From a virus (Duplodnaviria; Caudoviricetes), in the IMG/VR virus record IMGVR_UViG_2832928787_000001, positions 24,759-88,758 of that record: a DNA stretch of 64,000 nucleotides. One strand, given 5' to 3'. Shown here piece by piece: positions 36,954 through 48,255 of this stretch. Under the pieces are notes generated by a model. The model searched no databases and was not told the DNA's origin. It saw nothing but the letters and a program-made list of their open reading frames with translations. Position 1 is the stretch's first letter, and every line of letters starts with the position of its first letter. The translations under genes were made by a program, and so were the position numbers.

Positions 36954-38459
36954 TTAGCGGTCGAAGTTGACGATGATGTCGACACCGTGGATGGCGCCGG
37001 CCAGCTTGAGCGCTACCTGCAGCGGCGGGGCCTTACGCTTCTCGCGGTCGGAGGTCGACAGGTTGTCGACGGTGTCGGCCCAGACATAGAAGCCATCGTC
37101 GAGGCGATCGCCGGTCTCCAGCGTGCCGAACGGGTCGCCGTTCCAGACGCCGGGGGCGAACGCGCCGTTCTTGACGCCTTCACGAGCGACCTTCTTCACG
37201 GCGGCGATCAGCTTGGCGGTACCGGCATCAGTCAGCGGGATCTTGGTCGGGCTACGCTTCAGTACCGCAAACACTTCCTTCTGCACAGCGTCGACGAACC
37301 AGTCGAGGATATGAATTTCGTCGAAGAACCGGCCACCGACGACTGTGCCCTCGGCCACCATCGCGGTGTCGTCGAAGTAGGTGTAGAAATTCAGCCCCAG
37401 CCGGGTGCACTTGTTCGCTTCGGTCAGCGTCAGGCTGTCGGCAGTGATGCCCGGCAAATCCTTGAACTTCATCGTCAGCGTGGAATTGTTGGCGGCAAAG
37501 TTGACCGACAGTGCGCGGGCCAGCCAGGACATGGCCGCGTAGTAGTCGTCCCGGTCGTACAGGGCGACGGTGCGGTACGCCTGCCGGTCGTAGAGCGCCT
37601 TGAACACGTTGCCCTGGACGAATTCGATATGGGACGCCTTCGAGGTCGTGTAGCCGAAGATCTTCTTGTCGGCCGCCTGAATCCAGCCGGATGCGGCTGC
37701 AATCTCGTCGTCATCGAGCTGGGCAGCCGGCACGGCGGCGTACCAACCGGGATTCTTGTCCTGCAGGCGGGCGAACGCCTCCGGCAGAGTCTCGGCCGGG
37801 AGCGTCACCGCATTCGCGCCAGAGGTGATGTCGGCCTGTCCAGCCTCCAGCTTCAACATGCCGCCGAGGTAGGTGCCGGCGCCGGTGCTGTCGGTCGCGT
37901 AGCCGAGGCGGGTCGCGTCATCGGCGCCAGCCTGATCGGCCTCGATGATGAAGCGGTTGCCGACCGCGTCATGCCGGCACGACACTTTCTTGGCAGTGAT
38001 CTTGGCATCAATGGCTGCGGCCACGCCCTGCAGGTCCACCGCGGCGGACAGGTCGAGGCCGGTCACGTCGTACTGGCTGCCGCCGATGGCCAGCGAGAAC
38101 CGGCCATCCGTCACTGCCTTCAGCTCGGCCAGCGTATTGCTCAGCGGCGAGCCGGACAGAGCAGATTTCACGGCAGGAATGGTGCGACCAGTGCGTACCC
38201 AGCGAGCCACCATCATGGATTTCGGGCGCGGGGTCTGGGCGAAGAACGGCCGGGTGGCTCGCGCGGTTTCCGAGTTGGTGCCGAACGCGGCCTCGACATC
38301 GCTCTGTTCTGCGCAGTCGATATACAGCGTGGATGCGTCGCCGAACACATTGCCCGATTCGGGCGTGAACAGCGCCAGCGTACCGAAATCCCTGCGCGCG
38401 GATGAGCGCGGCTGGATATTCAGCTGGACATTCACGATCTGGCTGAGGGGGAGAGACAT
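36954..38459 (-). CDS. Tail sheath protein (DUF3383-like)
   Basis: LPLSQIVNV, FFAQTPRP, KIPLTDAG, LAGAIH. Confidence 0.88.
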   Translation of the reverse strand: MSLPLSQIVNVQLNIQPRSSARRDFGTLALFTPESGNVFGDASTLYIDCAEQSDVEAAFGTNSETARATRPFFAQTPRPKSMMVARWVRTGRTIPAVKSALSGSPLSNTLAELKAVTDGRFSLAIGGSQYDVTGLDLSAAVDLQGVAAAIDAKITAKKVSCRHDAVGNRFIIEADQAGADDATRLGYATDSTGAGTYLGGMLKLEAGQADITSGANAVTLPAETLPEAFARLQDKNPGWYAAVPAAQLDDDEIAAASGWIQAADKKIFGYTTSKASHIEFVQGNVFKALYDRQAYRTVALYDRDDYYAAMSWLARALSVNFAANNSTLTMKFKDLPGITADSLTLTEANKCTRLGLNFYTYFDDTAMVAEGTVVGGRFFDEIHILDWFVDAVQKEVFAVLKRSPTKIPLTDAGTAKLIAAVKKVAREGVKNGAFAPGVWNGDPFGTLETGDRLDDGFYVWADTVDNLSTSDREKRKAPPLQVALKLAGAIHGVDIIVNFDR

Positions 38460-38460
38460 T

Positions 38461-38961
38461 TCAATGCTCCGTATGAACGATGACCTCCGCCTCAGCGATA
38501 TGGCGTTGGTCGATTTCTACGATGTGATCGTGGTTGATAGTCAGGTCGATATTGGCTCGTTCCTCGATACCGGCACCGATGACGCCGGTCAGGTTGCGAA
38601 CCGGGGTCATGCTCGGCACCGTGCAATGCAGCGAGCGGAGGCCGGCCATGCCAGCACTCGACTCCAGCAGCGCGCGCAGCTTCTGCATTAGTGCATAGGC
38701 GTTCGTGCCGAATGCCTGGACGCTGACCGTGCTCAGGCAGGCCTGCATGATCGTCTCGGTCTCGCGCGCACCGTCGAACACCCGCCGGGCCTGGCCGATC
38801 TCGACCGTGGTCACGATGCGAACAGTCACGAACGGCCCGTGCCGGTCTGCTGGCGCAGCCTGGTCGGCGGCACGTACCGATCCGTCAGGTAACGACAAAA
38901 GCCGAAGCAGCAGGCGCCGCAGGCCCGTCATGTCGAGTTGCGATAGCGTTGTAGAACCCAT
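38461..38961 (-). CDS. Neck/tail terminator protein
   Basis: Synteny. Confidence 0.65.
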   Translation of the reverse strand: MGSTTLSQLDMTGLRRLLLRLLSLPDGSVRAADQAAPADRHGPFVTVRIVTTVEIGQARRVFDGARETETIMQACLSTVSVQAFGTNAYALMQKLRALLESSAGMAGLRSLHCTVPSMTPVRNLTGVIGAGIEERANIDLTINHDHIVEIDQRHIAEAEVIVHTEH

Positions 38962-39250
38962 AGTCGGACCAGTCAGAACAGGCGGACACGCGCCAGCGCG
39001 CGCCCTGGTACAGCAGAAAATCGCCCACCGCGAGCGGACTGGGCGTTATGACCTTCTTGGCCGGCAAGTGCCGCTCGCCCTCGGGCAACAGCAGCAGGTC
39101 GTCGGGTTTGGTGGCATGCACGATGGCAACGAATGTCGCCGGGGTATATTCGTCGACCCATTCGCCATCGGCATCGAACGCGCCGCCGCGGATCTCGAAA
39201 TCAACCTCCTGCGCCAGGTCCGGGTCATCGAAGATTTCAGAGACAAGCAT
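38885..39250 (-). CDS. Head closure protein
   Basis: LLPEGER...DWSDYGF; synteny. Confidence 0.65.
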   Translation of the reverse strand: MLVSEIFDDPDLAQEVDFEIRGGAFDADGEWVDEYTPATFVAIVHATKPDDLLLLPEGERHLPAKKVITPSPLAVGDFLLYQGARWRVSACSDWSDYGFYNAIATRHDGPAAPAASAFVVT

Positions 39251-39698
39251 CGCGGACCTCGCTGGTGATGGACTGGCGTAGCTGCCCCTTGTCGATCAGC
39301 GGCTTGCTGCTGCCCTTGCGGCGGATTGTCTCCGGGGCCAGAGGGGCAAACTCACCTTGCTCGATGGTTTCCTGTACGTCGCTGGCCGCCGCCATGCCGA
39401 TCAGTTCAAGTCCTTGCTCGACCGTCATGTCGCCGGCCATCACTTTGCGCATCACCTTTGCGGCCAATTCCTGATAGGCCTGGCGCTTTTCTGCCATCGT
39501 CGACCGCAAGAACGAGCGTTCCGGCAGATCGCGCGCTGGGTCGCCCATCTCGTGAATGAACGCGATGTCGGCATTGCCCAGCTCGCCGTCCTGCCGACCA
39601 CTCTTGTTCTCCGGCACACCGACCACGACGAACTTCGCAGCAGCCTCGGCAATGGCCTGCTGCAACCGCAGCAGGCTGCTGAGATCCGGCGTACTCAT
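39237..39698 (-). CDS. Neck/tail completion protein
   Basis: HEMG...PERSFLRS, KGSSKPLIDKGQLRQSIT. Confidence 0.75.
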   Translation of the reverse strand: MSTPDLSSLLRLQQAIAEAAAKFVVVGVPENKSGRQDGELGNADIAFIHEMGDPARDLPERSFLRSTMAEKRQAYQELAAKVMRKVMAGDMTVEQGLELIGMAAASDVQETIEQGEFAPLAPETIRRKGSSKPLIDKGQLRQSITSEVRDACL

Positions 39699-40066
39699 GG
39701 CGTCACCACCCGGATGCCGAATGCGACCAGCCCACGCAACTGCAGATAGCGCTGGCCGTAGACGGTCGTCGCCAGTAGCGCGTCAGCCAGGGCAGCAACC
39801 GGCGCCGCCGCGTAGTTCAGCTGCACGTCGCCCGCCTTCTTGCCGGTCACCTGCCCGGATGCGGCCGCGGCACCCTTGGCGGTCTGCTTGGCCAGGGCCA
39901 GCAGGTGCGCCGCCAGGGCCATGACACCGGCGCAGCGGAACTTGCCCCAGGCGCCGGCATCGACCTCCAGTGCCGCCTCGGAAATCAGAAGGCCGACCTG
40001 GTTGGGGTCGGCCTTACTGAACTCCGGGTAGCGAGCGACGAGATCGTCGACAGTTGGTTCTGCCAT
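39695..40066 (-). CDS. Head-tail adaptor (DUF4054-like)
   Basis: YPEF, LAAHLL, TVYGQRY. Confidence 0.8.
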   Translation of the reverse strand: MAEPTVDDLVARYPEFSKADPNQVGLLISEAALEVDAGAWGKFRCAGVMALAAHLLALAKQTAKGAAAASGQVTGKKAGDVQLNYAAAPVAALADALLATTVYGQRYLQLRGLVAFGIRVVTP

Positions 40067-40078
40067 GGTGACCCCCGG

Positions 40079-41004
40079 TCAGTAGTCGATGTACTTGGCG
40101 CTCTGCGGTTCGAGGAACGACACACCGCCGAAATCGAGGCGCATGCCGGTCTGCCACGCCAGCAACCCCTTCGGCTGGACATCCAGCACTTCGGGGGCGA
40201 CGGGACGTCCATCACGACGTGCTGCGCGTCGTTGATGTAGGCAATCGCGCGTTTCTTGCCGCCGACGCCGGCCGTGTCCGCCAGCTTCAGCGGGATCGGC
40301 TTCAGGTTTACCGGCTTGCCGGCGATGCCAGCCAGCGCATCAGTCACGTATTTCAGCACCGTGGTGTCGCGGCCTTCGCCACGCGGCTGGCTGCCCAGGG
40401 TTACGTAGTCGAGCATCGGAATGGCGAGGGTGTCCGGGGCGGCGATCAGGTCGGTGCTGGTCAGTACGCGGGTGAACATGTCGATCAGCGCCGCGGCGTT
40501 CTCGTCGGCCGTGCCATTCGCGAACGGTTTGCCGCCCTTGATGCCGACGGCTTCGACCAGGTCGGAATTCAGCAGGCCCTTGATGCGCGTGTCGCGCGCA
40601 TGGCCGAGGAATGCGACCTTCTGCAGGGTCTGGTCCGCGTTCTGGCGTAGCACGCGCATTTTCTCGATGTTCACGTCGATCTTGAGGCGTGCACAAACTT
40701 CCAGCTCGCGCAGCGTGTAGGTGACGCTCTTGGCCCACGACACGATCGGTGCCGAGCCCGGTTTGAAGTCGACTTCAACGGTATCGAGCGAGGTGGTCTT
40801 GTCGCCCACCAGGCCATCGTCCAGATCGCTGGCCGACTCGACGCTGAAATGGAGCTTTTCCATCAGGCCGCGGCCACCGGAACTGTCGATCGTCACGAAC
40901 TGCGGGAACACGATTTCCGGGTACTTCTCGGTCACCATCTGCTCGCGGAACTGTGCCAGTGCCGGGGTCAGGATGTTGAGGCCGTCTTTGAGGGTGAATT
41001 GCAT
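40079..41004 (-). pseudogene. Major capsid protein with a 1-nt frameshift near 40195
   Basis: Adding one C to a C run restores ...EVLDVQPKGLLAWQTGMRLDFGGVSFLEPQSAKYIDY*; could be a sequencing error. Confidence 0.8.
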
Positions 41005-41014
41005 GGGGTGTCCT

Positions 41015-41461
41015 TTACAGGCGGCCGATTTCGGCCAGGCCGGCGGCAACGTTGATGATGTACAGGTCGGTCGGCACAGTCTTGTCGGTAACCTCGGCCG
41101 CCAGCACCTTGCCGGCCGGCTTGCCTGCCTGGGCAACGGCGCGAACGTGGACCTTGTCGCCACGGGCGGCTGCGCCTTCCAGTTCCACCCAGATGCCGTC
41201 ACCGTGGCCGATCTTGCCGACGCTCAGGTATTCATCCGGCGAGTAGCTGTCCTGCACCGGCGAACGCACGACCACGCCAGCCAGCACGTCGGTGACGGCC
41301 GACAATTCCTTGATGCCGGCGGCGGCCAGCGCCACGAAGCGGCCGGCCACCACCGGAGTGGTGCCGACGTTCTGCTCGCCGGTGGCCCGCGCCAGCGATT
41401 CACCGGCCTTGCTGATCTGGCCCGCGAAGGCGATACGGTTTTGTTGCGACTTGTAGGTCAT
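41015..41461 (-). CDS. Capsid cement/decoration protein
   Basis: Position between the protease/scaffold and capsid genes. Confidence 0.65.
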   Translation of the reverse strand: MTYKSQQNRIAFAGQISKAGESLARATGEQNVGTTPVVAGRFVALAAAGIKELSAVTDVLAGVVVRSPVQDSYSPDEYLSVGKIGHGDGIWVELEGAAARGDKVHVRAVAQAGKPAGKVLAAEVTDKTVPTDLYIINVAAGLAEIGRL

Positions 41462-42615
41462 TGCTTGCCCCCGTAGAGCTGGTTGTAATTGACGGCCGGC
41501 GCCTTTTCGCTGTCCCCCAGCAGGGCCTTGCCGAGGCCAGTGCCGTCCTGGTACTTGGCCAGTTGGTAGAGCGCCTTGACCTCGCAGTCGCTCATGCGCC
41601 GCAGGCCGTCCTTGTTCTCGATGCCCTTGTGCAGAATCACCTTCTCGCGGATCGAGCGGGCGCTGTCCTTCGCCGTCACCTGGATGCCGGGCACCACGCG
41701 TGCGGCATCGGACGCAACGGTCTGGGTCTCGGCCGTATCGGTGGCGGCTTGGGTCAGCTCGGCGATCTTGGCGTTCGCGGCCGCCAGTGCCTGCTGCAGC
41801 GCCGCGATCTGCTGCGCCGGGTCTTCGTCGGCCGGTTTGTTCGGGTCACCTTCATCGGTCGGCGCATCCGGTTTGTTCTGCGGCGGCACCGGGTTGGGCG
41901 GATTCGGCGGGGTGTCCTCGTCGGTCGGGGTGTTCGGATCATCCTCGTCGGTCGGATTTGCCGGATCCTCGTCGCGGGCGGTCAGCGCCAGTTTCGCGGC
42001 GGCCTTCTGCTGCTCGGTCGGCTTGTCGATGCCGAGCGCGCCCAGCAGGGCGTCCAGAAGATTGGTCTTCTTCATCGTTTTGCTGCTCCTGTTGTCTTGG
42101 TCTCCGAGCCTGCATTCCCCACCGCAGCGCCCCCTCGGTACGAGCGCAATGTGGTTGCCCCTGATCTGGGTCTGAATGAAATCCGCCTCGCCGGTGCCGG
42201 GGATCAGTTCGCACGCATAGCCTCCGGACAGCTCCTCAATGCCGTAGACCTCAACCTGACGGATCGCCTCGGCATCGCAGATCCAGATTTCGCCGGCGAG
42301 AAATTCGCCCTCGCGGTGGACGTCGCGCACCATGCCGACAGCCAGTTCGCGCCAGGTGTCGGCGGTGACGCCGTCGTCGGGGTGACCGACCGCGATCGGC
42401 ATGCCCTCGAATGACGCGATCGATTCGGGGGCGAATACCTCGCTCTCGGGGCGGTCGACCCGGTACGTCTGCCCGGGCGTCTCGCCGACCTCGGTGCCGT
42501 CGTAGTCCTGGATGCCGGTGCGCGCGAACAGCGCCGGCACGACCAGATAGCCCTGTGGCGTTTTTCGACGCTGTGACGCCGTAGAGGGCTGGAAATCGAA
42601 TGCAGTCAGTTTCAT
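41458..42615 (-). CDS. Prohead protease/scaffold (DUF2213-like)
   Basis: ARTGIQDY, ELSGGY, NHIALVPRGRCG. Confidence 0.88.
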   Translation of the reverse strand: MKLTAFDFQPSTASQRRKTPQGYLVVPALFARTGIQDYDGTEVGETPGQTYRVDRPESEVFAPESIASFEGMPIAVGHPDDGVTADTWRELAVGMVRDVHREGEFLAGEIWICDAEAIRQVEVYGIEELSGGYACELIPGTGEADFIQTQIRGNHIALVPRGRCGGECRLGDQDNRSSKTMKKTNLLDALLGALGIDKPTEQQKAAAKLALTARDEDPANPTDEDDPNTPTDEDTPPNPPNPVPPQNKPDAPTDEGDPNKPADEDPAQQIAALQQALAAANAKIAELTQAATDTAETQTVASDAARVVPGIQVTAKDSARSIREKVILHKGIENKDGLRRMSDCEVKALYQLAKYQDGTGLGKALLGDSEKAPAVNYNQLYGGKQ

Positions 42616-42643
42616 GGCATGAGAAAGCCCGCCGGGTGGCGGG

Positions 42644-43462
42644 CTAGTCCAGTTCGATAATCGGTATGGCAACGCATCGACAGTTGATGTCCTCGCCCGG
42701 GTGGCCTGTTGGTGGCGGGTCGTCCCAACTGAATGTTTTGCCGTTGTTCTCACGGTGCGTTTCCCGCTCCCGCTCATCGTTTGCACCGCTCCAGCGGTAG
42801 CGGCGCACACCGAGCGAGGTCTGGCGCGCCTTCGTCAGCGCGCCATTCAGTTTGCTGGTCTGGTCGCGGGCAATCAGCCGGGCCCGGCTCTCGGTCACGC
42901 CGCCAATCTCGCGGATCGATGCCACGATGGATTCATGCCGCTGACCACTGGTCACGGCTTGCATGACCGTGGTGCGGACCCGGTCCAGATACTGGCTCTG
43001 AATGCTGGTGATCAGGTTTGCGTTGTGGATCGTTGCCGCCTCGATCTGCGCGGCCACGGATGGCGTGCGCTCGATCATCTGACCGACGTCGATACCGATC
43101 GCGGCGTTGACAGCCTGAGTGGTCTGGCGGTGGTTCTGCTGGTTGGCCCGCCGCACCATGCCGACAGCCATTCGTTCCAGCATTGATTTAGGGATGAACC
43201 GCGAGATCCGTTCGATGGCACGCTCCATCGCGGTATTGATCGCCCGGGCAAACAAGCCGGTTGGCGGGTCGCCCTCCTTGTCCTGCATAGGGGGCGAGAC
43301 GTTGCTGATTTCCTCCTCAACAACGAGCCGCATCGTCTGCACCAGCTCAAGCAGTTGCTGCCGGTACCACACCTCGGTTCGCTTGCTGGGCGTTGCCGGC
43401 CGCAACTGGCGGTTTCGCCGGGTCTGCCGGCCCTGCGAGGCCAGTAGTTGGCGCAAATCCAT
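42644..43462 (-). CDS. Minor head protein (SPP1 gp7/Mu gpF family)
   Basis: RARLIARDQTSK...HPGEDINCRC. Confidence 0.9.
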   Translation of the reverse strand: MDLRQLLASQGRQTRRNRQLRPATPSKRTEVWYRQQLLELVQTMRLVVEEEISNVSPPMQDKEGDPPTGLFARAINTAMERAIERISRFIPKSMLERMAVGMVRRANQQNHRQTTQAVNAAIGIDVGQMIERTPSVAAQIEAATIHNANLITSIQSQYLDRVRTTVMQAVTSGQRHESIVASIREIGGVTESRARLIARDQTSKLNGALTKARQTSLGVRRYRWSGANDERERETHRENNGKTFSWDDPPPTGHPGEDINCRCVAIPIIELD

Positions 43463-44762
43463 ACGGGTCTCCCTCGTGGCTGCTGGCGATGCTCTTCGCC
43501 GCGGCAATGTCGGCCTGGGTGATGTTGTCGAACAGCTCGGACTGTTTGAGCTCGGACAGCACCTGGTCCTCGCGCAGGATGGCGCGGTCCACCAGGGCGC
43601 CGCATGCGGTTGCGGTGACGTTCAGCACGTTGGCACGCTGCTCGGCGGTCAGCTCGGTCAGCGGCGGGAAGTCGAACCACCAGTCGCTGGGCATCCCACC
43701 CCACAGCATGTGAGCCAATACCGGGTCCAGCCGATTGAATACCGGGCGCAGGCGGGATTCCTGCAGGCCGTGAATGGACTCGTGGTGGTTCTGAATGTCC
43801 TCCTGCCCACTGGCGAAACCAGCAGCAGACTGGCCGAACAGCACCGTGACCGGCATGTCAGCCGCGCCTGCCACCGTGTTGCGAAATTCAACCAGCAGGT
43901 CGCGCAGGCCGGCGAACGTCAACTCTTTCTGTTCGTACTCAGTATCACCGTCAATCAGCACACTGTTGGTGGTCGACTTGATCGCCTGAACGGCAGACAT
44001 CAGCGCAATGATTTCCGGCTCAAGACCCGCTGCGATTTTTCCAGCAAACCCACCCATCTTGAACACGTCGACCTTGCACTCGGTCACCAGGTCTCCGATG
44101 TTCAGGCTCATCATGTCGAACCGCTTGACGGCCTCGTACACGCCCTCCAGATCCGACGTACCCCATAGGCTCTCGGTATCGGACGGCGGCCGCTCGCCGG
44201 CATGCACCAGGATGATCCGACTGCGATGGACGGACTGCATGCCCTTGATCAGAAATCGTTCCGGCAGCCCGAAGTTTGGCGACAGTACGTTCAGCTCTTT
44301 GGAACCATCAGCGGAGATCGACCAGCGATCCAGCGCCACCAGTCGCATCAGCTTCTCATCTTCGCCCCACTCGATCGTCTGATCCGACCCGTTGCCTACC
44401 AACACGATAGCTCCGGTACCGTACAGGCTCGCCCACTGGTGCGCCTGGCGAACGATCTCGCGCACGTTGAGCCGCCGCTCCAGCCGCTCGAATTGCTCCA
44501 GCTGCTCGGCAGACAGGTCGTTTGATTTGACCGTCCGCCAGCGGCGCGTCATGTCGCGGCTTTTCTTGTCGCAGATTTTCCGGGAGCACCAGTCCTCGAA
44601 CCACAGCGCATCCAGTTGGTGGCGCTGGTCGGTCAGCAGATTGACCCGGCTGTAGCTCATGTCACGCTGCCGGGCGCCCAGGCGCATGGCCATGCTCTCC
44701 AGTCCGTCGTTCATCTCGCGTTTTGGCGCAGGCCGCCCGCGTTGTCGTGCTCGTTTGGTCAT
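43347..44762 (-). CDS. Portal protein (DUF1073-like)
   Basis: Follows terL; [15 protein letters not shown]. Confidence 0.85.
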   Translation of the reverse strand: MTKRARQRGRPAPKREMNDGLESMAMRLGARQRDMSYSRVNLLTDQRHQLDALWFEDWCSRKICDKKSRDMTRRWRTVKSNDLSAEQLEQFERLERRLNVREIVRQAHQWASLYGTGAIVLVGNGSDQTIEWGEDEKLMRLVALDRWSISADGSKELNVLSPNFGLPERFLIKGMQSVHRSRIILVHAGERPPSDTESLWGTSDLEGVYEAVKRFDMMSLNIGDLVTECKVDVFKMGGFAGKIAAGLEPEIIALMSAVQAIKSTTNSVLIDGDTEYEQKELTFAGLRDLLVEFRNTVAGAADMPVTVLFGQSAAGFASGQEDIQNHHESIHGLQESRLRPVFNRLDPVLAHMLWGGMPSDWWFDFPPLTELTAEQRANVLNVTATACGALVDRAILREDQVLSELKQSELFDNITQADIAAAKSIASSHEGDPYGFAPTTGLAGPADPAKPPVAAGNAQQANRGVVPAATA

Positions 44763-46021
44763 AGGAGGTCCAGCATGCTGTGCTTTTTCAGGATGTAGCC
44801 GTCCAGGCCATACCGCACCCCGTCCCAGCAGTGATTGTGTTTGTCGACGATTACCGGCAGCACTTCATTGGTCTTCCGGTCGACTTTGTACGAGTACAGC
44901 AGCGCCTCGTCTGCCATGTGCGTACACCGGGGGTGGATGATGATTTGTTCAAACCCGCGCAAGTAGGTGATGCCGTCCTCGACGCTGCCCGGCCACTTCT
45001 TGGCAGCTGAAATGCGGAACCCTTGGCGTTTCATGTGGCTGATTGTCTCCGGCCGGCTGCTGTCGGCTTTGATTGGCCAGTCGCGTGCACCGGGGATGCC
45101 GGGAAATTTGACATCGTCCCCAGGATGCCATTGCTCCATCTGTTCGGGAGTCGCGCCCTGCTGACCTGCGTACAGCTTCCACATGTCGTCCAGTTCAACC
45201 CCGATGCCGTAGGCCTCGTACTCGATGTAGAGGCTGCGGCCGATGATGAACGAGCGAATCAGCGTGCTGGGGTCTTGGGCGAATCCGAAGTCGGCACCGA
45301 AGTACAGCCGGTCGGCCTGCTTCCACAGATCATCGTCGAACGACTCGACACGGCATTTGCCGCTGAAAATGACCGCCTCGCTGATCTTGCGCGGCTTCCC
45401 CCTCCAGATATGGAGGTAGGCGTCATAGTCGACCCGCTTGCAATACTCCATTTCCTGCCGGAGAACATCCGGGAACCATGGGTTGTCGTCATAGTTGACC
45501 TCCACCACAACGGCGTTGTCCGGCGGGTCAATGACGAACCGCTGGTATGTCGGGTCGGTTTCCTCAAGCGGGTTGAAGCTGATCCAGATTTCCGAGCCTT
45601 CCTTGCGGATGGTCGGGATCAGCACGTCCCACGAGTTGGCGCTGACCGTCTGAGCCTCTTCGACCCAGCAGATGTCGACGCCCTCGGTCGATTTCACGCC
45701 CTGCACGTCGTAGCGCAAGCCCTTGAAGATGAACTCGCTGCCGATGCTGCTGCGGATACTGTTTTCGGTAATCGTGAACCAGGGCAGCAGCCCCAGTGAT
45801 TCAATCTGGTCGCGCAGAAGCTTGTGCACCGAGTCGCGGATCGTGTTCTGGACTTCACGGGCGCATAGCACGCGCACCCGGCGGCTACTGGAGATCAGGA
45901 TCAGCGCACGGGCAATCTCCCAACTTTTCGCCCCACCCCGCCCGCCGTGGAACACCTTGTAGCGTTTCGGTTGAAACAGCGGCTTGAATTTTGGGGCAAA
46001 TTCAAGATTGATCGCCCCCAT
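44759..46021 (-). CDS. terL: Terminase large subunit, PBSX family
   Basis: [29 protein letters not shown]. Confidence 0.95.
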   Translation of the reverse strand: MGAINLEFAPKFKPLFQPKRYKVFHGGRGGAKSWEIARALILISSSRRVRVLCAREVQNTIRDSVHKLLRDQIESLGLLPWFTITENSIRSSIGSEFIFKGLRYDVQGVKSTEGVDICWVEEAQTVSANSWDVLIPTIRKEGSEIWISFNPLEETDPTYQRFVIDPPDNAVVVEVNYDDNPWFPDVLRQEMEYCKRVDYDAYLHIWRGKPRKISEAVIFSGKCRVESFDDDLWKQADRLYFGADFGFAQDPSTLIRSFIIGRSLYIEYEAYGIGVELDDMWKLYAGQQGATPEQMEQWHPGDDVKFPGIPGARDWPIKADSSRPETISHMKRQGFRISAAKKWPGSVEDGITYLRGFEQIIIHPRCTHMADEALLYSYKVDRKTNEVLPVIVDKHNHCWDGVRYGLDGYILKKHSMLDLL

Positions 46022-46463
46022 CTTTGCCGCCCCCGAACGTCACATTGAAAACCGGCGGCGCCAGCGGTGCCCCGCCCGCCCCGGTCAGTTCCTGCTGAAT
46101 CTTCTCGCCGTACTTCTTCGGCGCCAGTTTCCCTGCCAGCCATTTGCGCGCATCGACCCGCAGCTTGCTCCGGGCGATCACGTCATAGTTCGTGCGCTCT
46201 GCGCCTGACTCACCATCGACGTAGGTGTCGTTCTGCCCGTCATCGGCAATGTCCAGTATCTCGTCGACCAGCGTGTCTGCCTGGACCGACCTCGCGTGCG
46301 CGTATTGGTCGCGAAACGACTCGTGCTGCTGCATCCACCGGAACACTGTTGCCCTGTCCGGCATCCCGTCATCCAGGCAGATGCGACGCAGGCTCTCGCC
46401 CTGCATCAGGCGCGCGCAGATCTTCTCTGCGCAGACCTTGGTGAATTTGCTGGGTCTCGCCAT
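46002..46463 (-). CDS. terS: Terminase small subunit
   Basis: RPSKFT...[25 protein letters not shown]. Confidence 0.9.
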   Translation of the reverse strand: MARPSKFTKVCAEKICARLMQGESLRRICLDDGMPDRATVFRWMQQHESFRDQYAHARSVQADTLVDEILDIADDGQNDTYVDGESGAERTNYDVIARSKLRVDARKWLAGKLAPKKYGEKIQQELTGAGGAPLAPPVFNVTFGGGKDGGDQS

Positions 46464-46672
46464 AGCGGCATTCCGCTCGTGGCGGCTCCAAATGAAAAAC
46501 CCGCCGGGTGGCGGGCTTGTGTTTGTGGGCTGCGCGGATCACCCCCTTTCTGAGGCGCCCGCGCGCAAATCTCACTGGGCCAAAGCTAGGGTCGTCAATT
46601 GGCCACCGGTGAACACGTCCATGGTCATGGCGATGCGGACAGCGTGTTCTCTGCTGTTGGCCAACAGGGGGG

Positions 46673-47485
46673 TTACTCTGCCGATGGCGCAGGCGAGCCC
46701 AAGGCATGATGTCGAGCATTGAACGTCTCAATCATCACCATAATATCGTCCCGAGGAAACACCACTCCAAGGGCCCCTAAGGCCGCGAGGAAGGCGCAAA
46801 TCGCCGCGCTCAGTACCTTTTCCATTCCATCCCGTTGCGGCGAAAAAATCAGCCTTTCCACTTGCCCGCTGTCGTTACGGCCGAAGTGCCTTTCAATTGA
46901 CGTAAGCGACGGATGGGCAGCATCACCCGACAAGGTTCGGTAAACCACCTCGTACAAGGGGTCCATCCCTACTTCTTTCGCCAAATCTCGCAAGTTTATG
47001 TTGAACCGAGCGAACCCCTGATCCTTCACGCTCTGTAATAGTTCGCGCAACTCTTCAGCGGCAGCAAGGTCCTCTTGAGCGCCATGCTCCTCCATCCGCT
47101 CTGCGATTGCCTTCGCCATTCCAAAGAAGTGCGCATTGTTCGATTCGGCCATACGCTTCGGAAAATCATCAATCAACGCCAAGCCACCAAGGAACACGGC
47201 AGATTCCACAATATTTCTCGCTAACGATCCGGCGTCGGCCAGCATGCCCCGCTCTGCCAGGATGACGGTTGCCTCGAAGCTCTGCAACGCCCGACCGAAC
47301 ATGGCTGCAGCAACAAGTTCCCGATCAGACCCCTTGGCCGGTCCCAGCGCCGTTAGCAGCGCGACCGCGCCCCGATTGATGTCTTGTATCAGCTCGAACC
47401 AGAGAGGCGCCGATAGCCGGGCTTGGCTGCGCCACTCGTCCATAACGATGGGAGACAGGAATGCATCTGGAGGAAGCTTCATCAA
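46673..47485 (-). CDS. DUF5677-like helical (HEPN-related) moron protein
   Basis: ARNIVE and YRTLSGDAAHPS motifs. Confidence 0.65.
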   Translation of the reverse strand: MMKLPPDAFLSPIVMDEWRSQARLSAPLWFELIQDINRGAVALLTALGPAKGSDRELVAAAMFGRALQSFEATVILAERGMLADAGSLARNIVESAVFLGGLALIDDFPKRMAESNNAHFFGMAKAIAERMEEHGAQEDLAAAEELRELLQSVKDQGFARFNINLRDLAKEVGMDPLYEVVYRTLSGDAAHPSLTSIERHFGRNDSGQVERLIFSPQRDGMEKVLSAAICAFLAALGALGVVFPRDDIMVMIETFNARHHALGSPAPSAE

Positions 47486-47745
47486 AGTACCCCTGTGATC
47501 GGCAAGCTCAAAAGATGGTCGCCCCCAAAGGCTGCCGATCCACAGTCACCTGCGCGTGAGCGTTCAGTTCATTGAGCTGCGCCTTGAGCTTATCGCGCTC
47601 GACGATGATCGCCTGCATGATGGAGCCAATGGCTGGGAATTACCAGGCCGTGGCCCATTCGTGGCTCCAATCCAGAAACACAAAACGCCCACCGAATGAC
47701 CGATGGGCGCACTGATTCACACTATGGATTTGAGTGTATTCTTAC

Positions 47746-48255
47746 TCACGCCGCAATGCAAGCATATCGATGCAGATTCTTGCGTGATGGGTGTCGAATG
47801 TAGTGCGTAAGCTGCAGTTCCAGCACATCCAACCCACGCTGCATGCCGATTCCAAGCGTTCTGCGGGCATCCTGCCAGCGCCGGCTGGTTGTCTGCTGGC
47901 TCAGCATAAACGTCTCCCCGATCAGCTCCTGACTGCGCGCCAGCTGCTCGCCATTGGCCCACCCGCGCGCCAGCTCCCGGCGCAGTGCCGTCGGCCAGCC
48001 GGCCGGCAGTAGATCGGCAGCAGCATTGATCGCCCGGATGTCACCGGTGAAATAGGCGGCGATCGCGGCCTGCTCGGCGGCCGGCAGCCGGCTGATCTTG
48101 GCGAGGATGTCGACCGCCATGTCCTTCAGCTCGCCCGGACTCATGCCACCGAACGCCGGCGCACTGAACTCACCGTAGCGCGCCGATTTGACCGGGATGG
48201 CCTCATTCATCTGGAACGCCCAGCCCACCAGTGCGCGGATCGTCGAAAACATCAT
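47746..48255 (-). CDS. Late antiterminator Q-like protein
   Basis: Last gene of the nin-like region, with a C-terminal HTH. Confidence 0.55.
   Translation of the reverse strand: MMFSTIRALVGWAFQMNEAIPVKSARYGEFSAPAFGGMSPGELKDMAVDILAKISRLPAAEQAAIAAYFTGDIRAINAAADLLPAGWPTALRRELARGWANGEQLARSQELIGETFMLSQQTTSRRWQDARRTLGIGMQRGLDVLELQLTHYIRHPSRKNLHRYACIAA

Noticed and set aside
43347-43462. Frameshift inferred from the portal/minor-head overlap (and the terS/terL overlap at 577-665)
   Set aside because: Such C-terminal overlaps are common in phage head operons, and both frames look complete.
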